Positions 27,935 to 36,479 of a DNA stretch of 64,000 nucleotides are shown here, piece by piece. Every line of letters begins with the position of its first letter. The first letter of the stretch is position 1. Position numbers and translations under genes: made by a program. The notes below the pieces were generated by a model, which made no database searches, had not been told where the DNA came from, and saw nothing but the letters and a program-made list of their open reading frames with translations. The DNA is taken from positions 4,183,198 through 4,247,197 of the forward strand of contig OY969786.1 of the NCBI GenBank assembly GCA_963703075.1, written 5' to 3'. This DNA comes from an uncultured Acidobacteriaceae bacterium (GTDB lineage: Bacteria; Acidobacteriota; Terriglobia; Terriglobales; Acidobacteriaceae).

Positions 27935-28689
27935 TGAACGAGTTGCGGGTTCGCATCGCCACGTATAACGTCCACAAATGTCGCGGGATTGATCGCCGTA
28001 CCGACCCCGAGCGTGTCGCCGATGTGATCGCCGGCTTGGATGCCGACCTAATCGCCGTCCAGGAGATCCTCGATGTCCGCAATGGCGTTCCCGCCTATGC
28101 GCAAGCCACCCGGATCGCCGCCGCGCTTCCGAAGTACGAATGGCGCTTTGGCGAAAACCGTACCCTGCATGGCGGGGCCTACGGCAACATGACCCTCAGC
28201 CGCTTACCACTCACCGTCTCTGAAAATTACGACATCACGTGGCGGCAGCGCGAACGCCGCGGCTGCTTGCGTACGGATGTCGCTCTCGAAAACGGATGCG
28301 TGCTGCATCTTTTCAACGTGCACCTCGGGACCGGCTTCGTCGAACGCCGCCACCAGGGCCGTCGGCTGCTGACGGATGCCGTCCTGAAGCGTGCCGATTT
28401 GCGGGGGCCACGGGTGGTGGTTGGCGATTTCAATGAATGGACTCGCGGTCTCGCCACGCGTTTGATGGGCCAGGAATTCGAAGCCGTAGAGCCGCGCGCT
28501 TTCCTGCGTTACGCCCGCACCTACCCGGGGGTCTTGCCCATCCTTCACTTGGATCATTTCTATTACGATAAGCATCTTGCCCTGCAGGACTTTCGTCTGC
28601 ATCGCAGCCGGCGCGCGCTGGTCGCCTCGGACCATCTGCCCCTGGTGGCAGAGTTTTCGCTGACGAATCCGTTGGAGGCGAAGCGATGA
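27934..28689 (+). CDS. Endonuclease/exonuclease/phosphatase (EEP) family protein (YbhP-like)
   Basis: MNELRVRIATYNVHKCRG...IAVQEI...GDFNEW...SDHLPLVAEF. TAATG overlap with the cls stop. This pairing is the same as E. coli ybhP-clsB. Confidence 0.8.
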   Translation: MNELRVRIATYNVHKCRGIDRRTDPERVADVIAGLDADLIAVQEILDVRNGVPAYAQATRIAAALPKYEWRFGENRTLHGGAYGNMTLSRLPLTVSENYDITWRQRERRGCLRTDVALENGCVLHLFNVHLGTGFVERRHQGRRLLTDAVLKRADLRGPRVVVGDFNEWTRGLATRLMGQEFEAVEPRAFLRYARTYPGVLPILHLDHFYYDKHLALQDFRLHRSRRALVASDHLPLVAEFSLTNPLEAKR

Positions 28690-29351
28690 ACGTGCTCGTG
28701 TTCGGAGCAACGGGGATGGTCGGCCAAGGGGTGCTGCGCGAGTGTCTCGCAGACACAGAGGTCTCGCTGGTGCAGACCATTGGCCGCACCGCGACCGGCG
28801 TGACGAACCGGAAGCTGCGCGAAGTCGTGCAGCCAGATCTCTTCCATTACGAAACCATCGAGGATAAATTGAAGGGCTTCGATGCATGCTTCTTTTGCCT
28901 GGGCGTGACTTCCAGCGGCATGAAGGAAGCGGATTACTCTCACCTGACCTACGATCTCACCATCGCTGCGGCAGCCACGTTGAGCCGATTGAACCCGGAC
29001 ATGACGTTCATCTACGTCTCCGGAGCAGGCACGGACAGCTCGGAGCGCGGTCGCAGTATGTGGGCGCGGGTGAAAGGCAGAACAGAAAACTCTCTTCTGC
29101 GGCTTTCATTCAAAGCCGCTTACATGTTTCGCCCAGGATTCATCGAACCGCTCGACGGCATACAGTCACGGACCAGGCTCTACCGCATCTTTTACAAGAT
29201 CGCAAACCCAGTGCTGCCGCTGCTGCGGGCCTTGCTGCCCAACCAGGTGCTGACCACGCGGCAAATCGGCAGGGCGATGTTGAACGTTGCGCAGAAAGGC
29301 TTTCCGAGAAAAATCCTCGAGACGGCCGACATAAGAGCTATGTCCGCGTAG
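28686..29351 (+). CDS. NAD(P)-binding Rossmann-fold (atypical SDR/epimerase-like) protein
   Basis: MNVLVFGATGMVGQGVL glycine-rich N-terminus. ATGA overlap with the EEP gene. Confidence 0.7.
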   Translation: MNVLVFGATGMVGQGVLRECLADTEVSLVQTIGRTATGVTNRKLREVVQPDLFHYETIEDKLKGFDACFFCLGVTSSGMKEADYSHLTYDLTIAAAATLSRLNPDMTFIYVSGAGTDSSERGRSMWARVKGRTENSLLRLSFKAAYMFRPGFIEPLDGIQSRTRLYRIFYKIANPVLPLLRALLPNQVLTTRQIGRAMLNVAQKGFPRKILETADIRAMSA

Positions 29352-29432
29352 CCCGATGCGGCATCCTCGAGAGGTTCTCGTTGACTGTTTAGATACTTAC
29401 ACATACCATGCGAGCACCCCAACTGGGACCGC

Positions 29433-32429
29433 ATGATCGATCAGACAATCTCGCATTACAAGATCCTCGAAAAAATCGGGGGCGGCGGCATGGGCGTGGT
29501 CTATAAGGCCGAAGACCTCGAATTGCGCCGTTTTGTTGCCTTGAAATTCCTGCCGGAAAACGTTTCCGCGGACGCCCAGGCGTTAGAACGTTTTCGCCGC
29601 GAAGCACGCGCCGCATCGGCACTCAATCACCCCAATATCTGCACGATTTATGAGATCGGACGCCACGAGGATCTCACGTTTATTGCCATGGAGTTCCTGG
29701 ATGGCGTGACGTTGAAGCACCGCATCAACGGCGGCCCGATGGAGACAGACTTGCTCCTGGGCGCGGCCATCGAGATTGCTGACGCTCTCGAGGCATCGCA
29801 TAGCCAGGGCATCGTCCATCGCGACATCAAACCAGCCAACATCTTTATTACGAAGCGTGGTCATGCCAAGGTCCTGGATTTCGGATTGGCTAAGGTGACC
29901 ATGGACGACGGCAACAGCGGGGCTACCCGGACGATGGTCAACGCGGGCGAAGCGCATCTCACCAGCCCCGGCACGCTGATCGGAACCACCGCCTACATGT
30001 CGCCCGAGCAGGTGCGCGCTCGCGAACTGGATGCACGTACTGACCTCTTCTCCTTCGGTTCCGTTCTCTACGAAATGGCGACCGGCGATATTCCCTTCCG
30101 CGGCGAGAGCTCAGCCGTCATCTGCTCGCAGATCCTGCAGGCCGACCCGGTCCCGCCCATCCGGGTGAATCCGAACATTCCGCCCAGGCTGGAAGACATC
30201 ATTTTGCGGCTGCTGGAAAAAGATAAAGAGTTGCGCTACCAGCACGCCTCCGATCTTCGTTCCGACCTGCAGCGCCTGAAGCGCGATTCCGAAAGTGGAC
30301 GCATCTCCAACTTGCGCTCCTCGTCCAGTATTTCTTCCACCAGTTCCTCATCGCACTCTGGCTCTCAGGGAACACCAGCATCATCGTCAACTGCGCCGCA
30401 ATCTGTGGGTGGCGGCGGCACTGCGGTCGCTTCCGATTCCAGCCACAAGTCCGCCCCCATCGAGACGCCGCCGTCTTCAGCCGTGACTCCGCCCCCGCCC
30501 AAGGGACCGGTTCCGTGGAAGGTGGTTGCGCCCGTTGCGATCCTGATCCTCGTCGCACTGGCTGGACTCTATTACTGGAGACAGCATCAAACTGGCCCGC
30601 AGCTCACCGACAAAGACCAGCTCATCCTCGCCGACTTCAATAATCAAACCGGCGACCCGGTTTTCGATTCCACCTTGAAGGAAGCCCTCGCCATTCAGCT
30701 CGAGCAGTCGCCCCTGCTGTCGCTGGTCAGTGATGCAGAGCTGCACAACAACCTGCAGTATCTCGGACAGCCGAAGGAGCAGAAAATTACCGGAGACCTA
30801 GCCCAGCAGATCGGCCAGAGGCTCGGCGTGAAAGCTTACCTGGCGGGCACGATCACGAGTCTCGGCAACTCGTACGTCATTTCGATCAACGCGGTGAACT
30901 GTGCCACCGGCGAAGTCTTCGCCCGCGAGCAGGAGACGGCGGCCGACAAAGCGGGCGTGCTGAAAGCGGTCTCTACGGCGGCCACCGAACTCCGTGCACA
31001 CCTCGGCGAATCCATGGCCTCGATTCAGAAGCTGTCGACGCCATTCACCAACGTCACCACATCATCGTTGCAGGCCTTCCATGCGTTCTCGCTGGGTGAA
31101 GACGCTCATCGCATGGGGCACGACCTTCCCGAGGCGGAGTCGTTCTACCAGGAAGCGGTTAAGCTGGATCCTACCTTCGCCATGGCGCTGGCCCGTCTCG
31201 GCGTGGTGTACAGCAACGTGGGCGCAACCAGCAAAGCGATCCCTTATTTGAAAAAAGCCTACGATCTGCGTGAGCGCGTGACCGAGCGTGAGCGCATGTA
31301 CATCGAGTCGCAGTTTTCCCTTCAGCAGTTCGATCTTCCCAAGGCTCTCGAGAGTTACAAGCTTTACGTCGATACCTATCCCCGCGACGCCGCGGCCTGG
31401 AACAATCTCTCATCGGCTTACCAGACGGCAGGCGACTACGAAGATGCGGCAGAAGGCTTCAAGAAGGCGTGGGAAATCGCCAAGTGGGACAACATCGCCG
31501 CTTCCAACGCAGCTGGCACCTACATCGCGATTGATCGGCTCGACGACGGCGAACGTTATGCAAAAGAGGCCGAGGTCCAGGGCGGCGGCAACGACATCAA
31601 TTTCCATATCAACGTGATGTTCGACGACTATCTACGGGGACGTTCGGACTGGGATAAGCAGTTGCAGTGGGCAGCCCCCCGGGCGGATGGATTTGCTGCC
31701 GAAGGTGCTGCGGCGATCATCTATTTCGAGCTAGGCCGCCTGCGCGAGGCCAACCAGCATTGGGACCATGCCGCCCAGCGCGCTGAACAACAGCACCTCG
31801 CCGACGCAGCGGGAAGTATCTACGGCCTCAAGGCGATGGAAGACGCATTCGTGGGAGGATGTCCCGCCGCCCGGGAGAGTGCCCGTCATGCGCTTTCCGT
31901 CGACCACTCCATGGCAACCGTTCCATCGGTGGCCATCGCGGTGGCCTTCTGTGGCGACGGGCCTGCCGGGCAGAAGGAAATCGATACGTTGGCGGCTGAC
32001 CAGCCGATCAACACGTTAGTAAACCAGGTGTACGTACCTGAAGTGAAAGCAGCAGCAGCGATTTCGCAGCATAAGTTCGACGACGTTGCGCAAATCCTCG
32101 ACCCGGTCACACCTTATTTACTTGTGTCCAAGGCCCCGCAATTTCTCGGACTGGCTTCTCTCGCAACCCATCGGCCGCAACAGGCCGTTAACGATCTGAA
32201 GATCGGTCTGCGCTATCGTGGACTTTCCATTGGCCAAGGCGTTGCCGGTTCTGCTCAGAGTCCTGACTACGTGCTTTGCCTTCTGGGCACCGCACGCGCC
32301 CAGGCACAATTCGACAAGGCTGCCGCGAAGAAAAGCTACCAGCAGTTGCTCGTCATCTGGAAAAGCGCAGATCCCGACTTCGGACCGGCGCAAGAGGCGA
32401 AGCGGGAATTAGCCGCCCTGGGAAATTGA
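29433..32429 (+). CDS. Membrane-anchored Ser/Thr protein kinase with C-terminal TPR-like repeats
   Basis: [41 protein letters not shown]. Ser-rich linker, one TM helix ([19 protein letters not shown]), then a helical-repeat C-terminal half. Confidence 0.88.
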   Translation: MIDQTISHYKILEKIGGGGMGVVYKAEDLELRRFVALKFLPENVSADAQALERFRREARAASALNHPNICTIYEIGRHEDLTFIAMEFLDGVTLKHRINGGPMETDLLLGAAIEIADALEASHSQGIVHRDIKPANIFITKRGHAKVLDFGLAKVTMDDGNSGATRTMVNAGEAHLTSPGTLIGTTAYMSPEQVRARELDARTDLFSFGSVLYEMATGDIPFRGESSAVICSQILQADPVPPIRVNPNIPPRLEDIILRLLEKDKELRYQHASDLRSDLQRLKRDSESGRISNLRSSSSISSTSSSSHSGSQGTPASSSTAPQSVGGGGTAVASDSSHKSAPIETPPSSAVTPPPPKGPVPWKVVAPVAILILVALAGLYYWRQHQTGPQLTDKDQLILADFNNQTGDPVFDSTLKEALAIQLEQSPLLSLVSDAELHNNLQYLGQPKEQKITGDLAQQIGQRLGVKAYLAGTITSLGNSYVISINAVNCATGEVFAREQETAADKAGVLKAVSTAATELRAHLGESMASIQKLSTPFTNVTTSSLQAFHAFSLGEDAHRMGHDLPEAESFYQEAVKLDPTFAMALARLGVVYSNVGATSKAIPYLKKAYDLRERVTERERMYIESQFSLQQFDLPKALESYKLYVDTYPRDAAAWNNLSSAYQTAGDYEDAAEGFKKAWEIAKWDNIAASNAAGTYIAIDRLDDGERYAKEAEVQGGGNDINFHINVMFDDYLRGRSDWDKQLQWAAPRADGFAAEGAAAIIYFELGRLREANQHWDHAAQRAEQQHLADAAGSIYGLKAMEDAFVGGCPAARESARHALSVDHSMATVPSVAIAVAFCGDGPAGQKEIDTLAADQPINTLVNQVYVPEVKAAAAISQHKFDDVAQILDPVTPYLLVSKAPQFLGLASLATHRPQQAVNDLKIGLRYRGLSIGQGVAGSAQSPDYVLCLLGTARAQAQFDKAAAKKSYQQLLVIWKSADPDFGPAQEAKRELAALGN

Positions 32430-32496
32430 GCAGCCATCGCGATTCCAGCAAAAAAGGCGCGCCGCTAAGCGCGCCTCTTCAATGCGAGATTGCGGC

Positions 32497-34092
32497 CTAT
32501 TGTACGGTCGCGTTGCTCTGGTCTCCGCCGATCGATTGGCCGCTTACCACCATCTCCACCCGGCGGTTCTGCTGGCGTCCTGCTGCGGTGGCGTTGTCTG
32601 CCACGGGATCATCCTGCCCAAAGCCTTCCGAGACCACCGCTTCGGCAGGGATACCCTCCTTTAGCAAGTAGCCGCGTACTGAATCAGCGCGCCGTTGCGA
32701 AAGGTCGCGATTGTGGTCGGCCGTTCCCGTCGAATCGGTGTAGCCGTCGACCCGAATCTTTAAATCAGGATAGGCGAGGAGAATTCCGGCCACCTTCGCC
32801 AGCTTCTCCCGCGCCCCGGGCTTCAGCGTGGACTGGTTCACATCGAACAGCACGTCTGACATGTTCACGATCAGCCCCTTGGCTGAGTCACGCGTCTGCA
32901 AGACTTGATTAAGCTGCTGCTGCAACCGCTGGCGCAGATCCGCCTCGCGCTGCTGCGCTGCGGCTGCCTGCTGTTGGGCCGATTGCGCCTGTTGCTGCGC
33001 AGCCTGGGCCTGCTGCTGTGCCTGCGCTAACTGCTGCTCAGCCTGCTGACGGTCGGCTAAAGCCTGCTGCTTGGCGGCGGCCGCTTCCTGCCGCTCCTGC
33101 TCGGCCTGCTGTCGAGCGATCTCCGCCTGTTGCTGCGCGTCCTGCGCCTGGCGTTCCGCCAACTGGCGCTGGGTTGCTTCCTGCGCGGCCTGTTGCTGCG
33201 CCTGGGCGGCTTGATCGTCCGCCTCGCGTTGCGCATCGCGCGCCTGCTCTTCGTGCCTGCGTCGTAAAGCCAAAATGCGTGTATCTTCCGCCGTCTGCAC
33301 CGCCTGCCGCGCCTCGGCAATGACTACGTTCTTCTCGGCGTGCGCGTCCTGGTCCGCCTGCGCCTTGTTCAATTGGTCTTGCGCGTTGCGATAATTCTCC
33401 TTCGCATAGCGGTCGGCCTGCGCCCACTCTGCGATCCGCACCGCGTTGCGTGCTTCCAGCAACTCCAGCGGCACCCTGCGTTCGCCCGTGAACAGCGGTT
33501 TTAACTCGCCCTTTTCAACATGCTCGGTGTAACTGCCGGAGCGCAAAAGGGAATACCGCGCGTCCACGGCTACCACTGAGCCAATTGTGTCAGGACGCAC
33601 GATGTTTTCCATCACCACCATTTCGCTGGGCTGCGTGACCGCGAAATCCGGCTCCGCCGTAATGATCAAGGCGAAAGCCTGCAGATCGGTGGTGGCGTTC
33701 TGCTTGAAGTGGGTATGGTCCACGTTGAGGATCTCGCCCAGGTTCTGCGGACGCCCATCCGGCGTAATCGCCCACAGCACGTAGGTCAGGAACTCCGGAC
33801 CGAAATCCCACGGCATCTTGGCAAAATGATCCAAGGAGAGCTCGATGTTGAGTCGTCCTTGACGGCCCTTCACCTCGGCCACGCCGACTGCTGCCGGCAT
33901 CTGATCGGTTCCGCGCATGCCGATCTTGGTTTCCCCGCGATGCTGATAGTTCACAGCTTTCACGGTGCGCGAGATCACCTCGGTGCGGTCTGTGAGTTGC
34001 GGGTCGTCGTCCCGGCTCATGCGGTCCGTCTGGGCGAAAAGCGGCGCCGAAAAAACGCCGATCAGTGCAAGTGAAAGAAGTGTGCGTCCCAT
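32497..34092 (-). CDS. OmpA-family protein with a long Gln/Ala-rich coiled-coil spacer
   Basis: ATG at 34092 with an AGGAGG RBS. Signal peptide MGRTLLSLALIGVFSAPLFAQ. About 130-aa QQAAQ/AQQQ low-complexity helix. C-terminal OmpA motif DGYTDSTGTADHNRDLSQRRADSV. The annotated 696-aa ORF extension overlaps cca and is rejected. Confidence 0.8.
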   Translation of the reverse strand: MGRTLLSLALIGVFSAPLFAQTDRMSRDDDPQLTDRTEVISRTVKAVNYQHRGETKIGMRGTDQMPAAVGVAEVKGRQGRLNIELSLDHFAKMPWDFGPEFLTYVLWAITPDGRPQNLGEILNVDHTHFKQNATTDLQAFALIITAEPDFAVTQPSEMVVMENIVRPDTIGSVVAVDARYSLLRSGSYTEHVEKGELKPLFTGERRVPLELLEARNAVRIAEWAQADRYAKENYRNAQDQLNKAQADQDAHAEKNVVIAEARQAVQTAEDTRILALRRRHEEQARDAQREADDQAAQAQQQAAQEATQRQLAERQAQDAQQQAEIARQQAEQERQEAAAAKQQALADRQQAEQQLAQAQQQAQAAQQQAQSAQQQAAAAQQREADLRQRLQQQLNQVLQTRDSAKGLIVNMSDVLFDVNQSTLKPGAREKLAKVAGILLAYPDLKIRVDGYTDSTGTADHNRDLSQRRADSVRGYLLKEGIPAEAVVSEGFGQDDPVADNATAAGRQQNRRVEMVVSGQSIGGDQSNATVQ

Positions 34093-34215
34093 GGATCCTC
34101 CTGCCAAAGCGATAAGATGGCAGGTAGCGGGATTGAGGTGGCTCGGAACCTCAATGAGGACAGCACGTGAGTTGCTGGCCCGTGCTGCCGGCGTCGTCCC
34201 AGCGAGAGAAGAACA

Positions 34216-35580
34216 ATGAAAGCCAGAGAAGCAGCCGCGGGAATCGTCGAGACGCTTCGTCGCCGAGGCCACCAGGCCTACTTCGTCGGCGGATGCGTTC
34301 GCGACCTGCTGCTCCATCGCGACCCCGCGGACTACGACGTTGCCACCGATGCGGTGCCCTCCGAGGTGATGGAGATCTTTCCCCGGACCTGGGCCGTCGG
34401 CGCCCAGTTCGGCGTCGTCCTCGTTCCGGTTTCGCAGGAAGCCGGATGCGAGCCGGCAGATACCCGCCCCCACAGTCATCATCATGGCTGCATTGAGGTG
34501 GCCACGTTCCGCTCCGACGGCGCTTACACCGACGGCCGCCATCCCGACGCCGTCCGCTTCACCAAAGACCCGCGCGAAGACGTGCAACGCCGCGATTTCA
34601 CTATCAACGGCATGTTACTCGATCCCCTCAACGGCGACCAGGTCATCGACTATGTTGACGGACGCGCCGACCTGGACGCGAAGATCATTCGCACCATCGG
34701 CGACGCCACCCGCCGGTTTTCCGAAGATAAGCTGCGCATGCTGCGGGCGGTCCGCTTCGCGGCGCGTTTTGCATACGCCATCGAACCTAGCACCTTCGAA
34801 GCGATCCGCCGGCTCGCTCCGGAGATTCGTGTCGTCAGCCGCGAGCGGGTGCGTGACGAACTCACCAAGATGCTCACCGAAGGCCATGCGCGCCGCGCCT
34901 TCGAGCTGCTGGACGAATCCGGGTTGCTGCAGGAGGTATTGCCGGAAGTTGCCAGGATGAAAGGTGTCAAACAGCCGCCGCAGTTTCACCCCGAGGGCGA
35001 TGTTTGGATTCACACCTTGCTGCTGCTGGAAAAGCTGCCCGAAAATAGTTCTCCAACGCTGGCGTGGGGAGCGCTGCTGCACGACGTGGGCAAGCCTCCT
35101 ACGTTTCGCGTGGCCCCCGATCGCATTCGCTTCGATGGACATGTGGATGTGGGTGTCCGCATGACCGAGCGCCTCGGGCAGGAACTCCGTTTCTCGAACC
35201 AGGAACTCGATCAGGTGACTGCGCTGGTGGCCAACCACATGAAGTTCGCGGAAGTCACTCGCATGCGGGAATCGACTCTGAAGCGTTTCATGCGCCTGCC
35301 GCATTTTGAGGAGCACATGGCGCTGCACAAACTGGATTGCCTCTCCAGCCATGGCAGCCTTGCGCTCTACGATTTTGTGAAAGAAAAGATGGAGCAAACG
35401 CCGACCGAGGAGATTCATCCCGCGCCGCTCATCAGCGGGAACGAACTCATTGCAGCTGGATACCAGCCGGGCCCGCGCTTTAAACAGATTCTATCCGCGG
35501 TGGAAGACGCGCAACTTGAAGGGCGACTCAACTCGCGGGAGCAAGCCCTGGAATTCGTGCGGTCAGAATTTCCGCTCTGA
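34216..35580 (+). CDS. cca: CCA-adding tRNA nucleotidyltransferase with HD domain
   Basis: YFVGGCVRDLLL, RDFTINGM and HD-domain HDVGKP; 454 aa. Confidence 0.88.
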   Translation: MKAREAAAGIVETLRRRGHQAYFVGGCVRDLLLHRDPADYDVATDAVPSEVMEIFPRTWAVGAQFGVVLVPVSQEAGCEPADTRPHSHHHGCIEVATFRSDGAYTDGRHPDAVRFTKDPREDVQRRDFTINGMLLDPLNGDQVIDYVDGRADLDAKIIRTIGDATRRFSEDKLRMLRAVRFAARFAYAIEPSTFEAIRRLAPEIRVVSRERVRDELTKMLTEGHARRAFELLDESGLLQEVLPEVARMKGVKQPPQFHPEGDVWIHTLLLLEKLPENSSPTLAWGALLHDVGKPPTFRVAPDRIRFDGHVDVGVRMTERLGQELRFSNQELDQVTALVANHMKFAEVTRMRESTLKRFMRLPHFEEHMALHKLDCLSSHGSLALYDFVKEKMEQTPTEEIHPAPLISGNELIAAGYQPGPRFKQILSAVEDAQLEGRLNSREQALEFVRSEFPL

Positions 35581-35587
35581 TTGGGTT

Positions 35588-35722
35588 CTATTGCGACAGG
35601 TAGAAAAAGTAAATGCCGAGCACTAGCATCAGCATGACGAAGAACGCGAAGTTTTTCTGGCGGGGAGTCGTCCCCGTGGAAGTTTGCGGCGTGATGTTCT
35701 CGGCCAACATGCGCAGCAGCAT
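35588..35722 (-). CDS. Possible 44-aa tail-anchored membrane micro-protein (below the ORF-track cutoff)
   Basis: My own translation: MLLRMLAENITPQTSTGTTPRQKNFAFFVMLMLVLGIYFFYLSQ. GGGAGAAG lies 9 nt upstream of the ATG. Convergent with cca. No family recognised. Confidence 0.25.
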   Translation of the reverse strand: MLLRMLAENITPQTSTGTTPRQKNFAFFVMLMLVLGIYFFYLSQ

Positions 35723-35844
35723 GACTCAACTTCTCCCATTGCAAAAATGACGTTGGTAACCGGTTTCCCACTGTGAGACTTCAGCCGCGGTGGTCTTTTT
35801 CCCCTAACTCCCAGTGCTACAATCAGATTTTCGCTGGCCGCGCG

Positions 35845-36138
35845 ATGGAACACATTCGGCAATCTTTGCAACAAATTGTGGTCGACGCGGTGCGGCGAGC
35901 GGCGGTCGAGGATGTGCCCCTGCTGGCGTGGCCCCTGGCCTGTGGCTCTGCCGTTTCGGAAAAGACCCGGGCCGTCGCCTTTGCCGGCGGCGAGCTCATG
36001 GTGCAGGTCCCCGACGCTACCTGGCGCACCCAGTTGTTGAGCCTTACCGGCGAGTACCTGCGGCAGTTGCGCGCCATCACGAACGGCCGCGTCGAGCGCC
36101 TTCGATTTGTACTGGCCAGCGAATTGGAAAAGCCATGA
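35845..36138 (+). CDS. DUF721 / DciA-like protein
   Basis: MEHIRQSLQQIV...AWPLACGSAVSEKTRAVAFAGGELMVQVPDATWRTQL...RLRFVL fits the DUF721 pattern. ATG at 35845. Confidence 0.65.
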   Translation: MEHIRQSLQQIVVDAVRRAAVEDVPLLAWPLACGSAVSEKTRAVAFAGGELMVQVPDATWRTQLLSLTGEYLRQLRAITNGRVERLRFVLASELEKP

Positions 36139-36461
36139 AAGTTACCGAAAAAGACGTCCAGTATGTCGCCGATCTTGCCAACCTCGAGTTGACTCCGCCG
36201 GAAGCGCAGCGCTTCCTCAAAGACCTCAACTCGATCCTCGACTACATCGACAACCTGAACGAACTCGACACCACCAACGTTTTGCCGATGGCGCAAGTGG
36301 CAGCCCGCTACGGTGGAGAAGGGAAGCCGGAGGCGGAACGTTACAAGTACGCCTTACGCCCCGACGAACTGCGGCCGTCGCTGCCGCATGACCTCGCGTT
36401 GCAGAATGCGCCCGATACCGACGGCGTCTACTTTAAAGTTCCCAAGGTGATCGAGCGCTAG
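36135..36461 (+). CDS. gatC: Asp/Glu-tRNA amidotransferase subunit C
   Basis: MKVTEKDVQYVADLANLELTPPEAQRFLKDLNSILDYIDNLNELDT. ATGA overlap with the upstream gene. Confidence 0.88.
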   Translation: MKVTEKDVQYVADLANLELTPPEAQRFLKDLNSILDYIDNLNELDTTNVLPMAQVAARYGGEGKPEAERYKYALRPDELRPSLPHDLALQNAPDTDGVYFKVPKVIER

Positions 36462-36479
36462 CCGCATCAAGAAAGATCG

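Noticed and set aside
33018-33427. Three ORFs of 87-129 aa in the CAG/CTG/GCG-rich stretch; also considered as a tandem repeat or CRISPR-like array
   Set aside because: They are low-complexity translations of the Gln/Ala coiled-coil coding region of the OmpA-family gene. There is no regular repeat-spacer periodicity.
34093-34587. N-terminal extension of the OmpA-family ORF to 696 aa
   Set aside because: The extension overlaps the cca gene on the other strand and has no signal peptide. An internal ATG at 34092 has an AGGAGG RBS and is followed by a canonical signal peptide.
35814-36134. Upstream extension that makes gatC a 215-aa ORF
   Set aside because: The extension is out of frame with, and overlaps, the DUF721 gene. 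GatC homology starts at MKVTEKD (36135).
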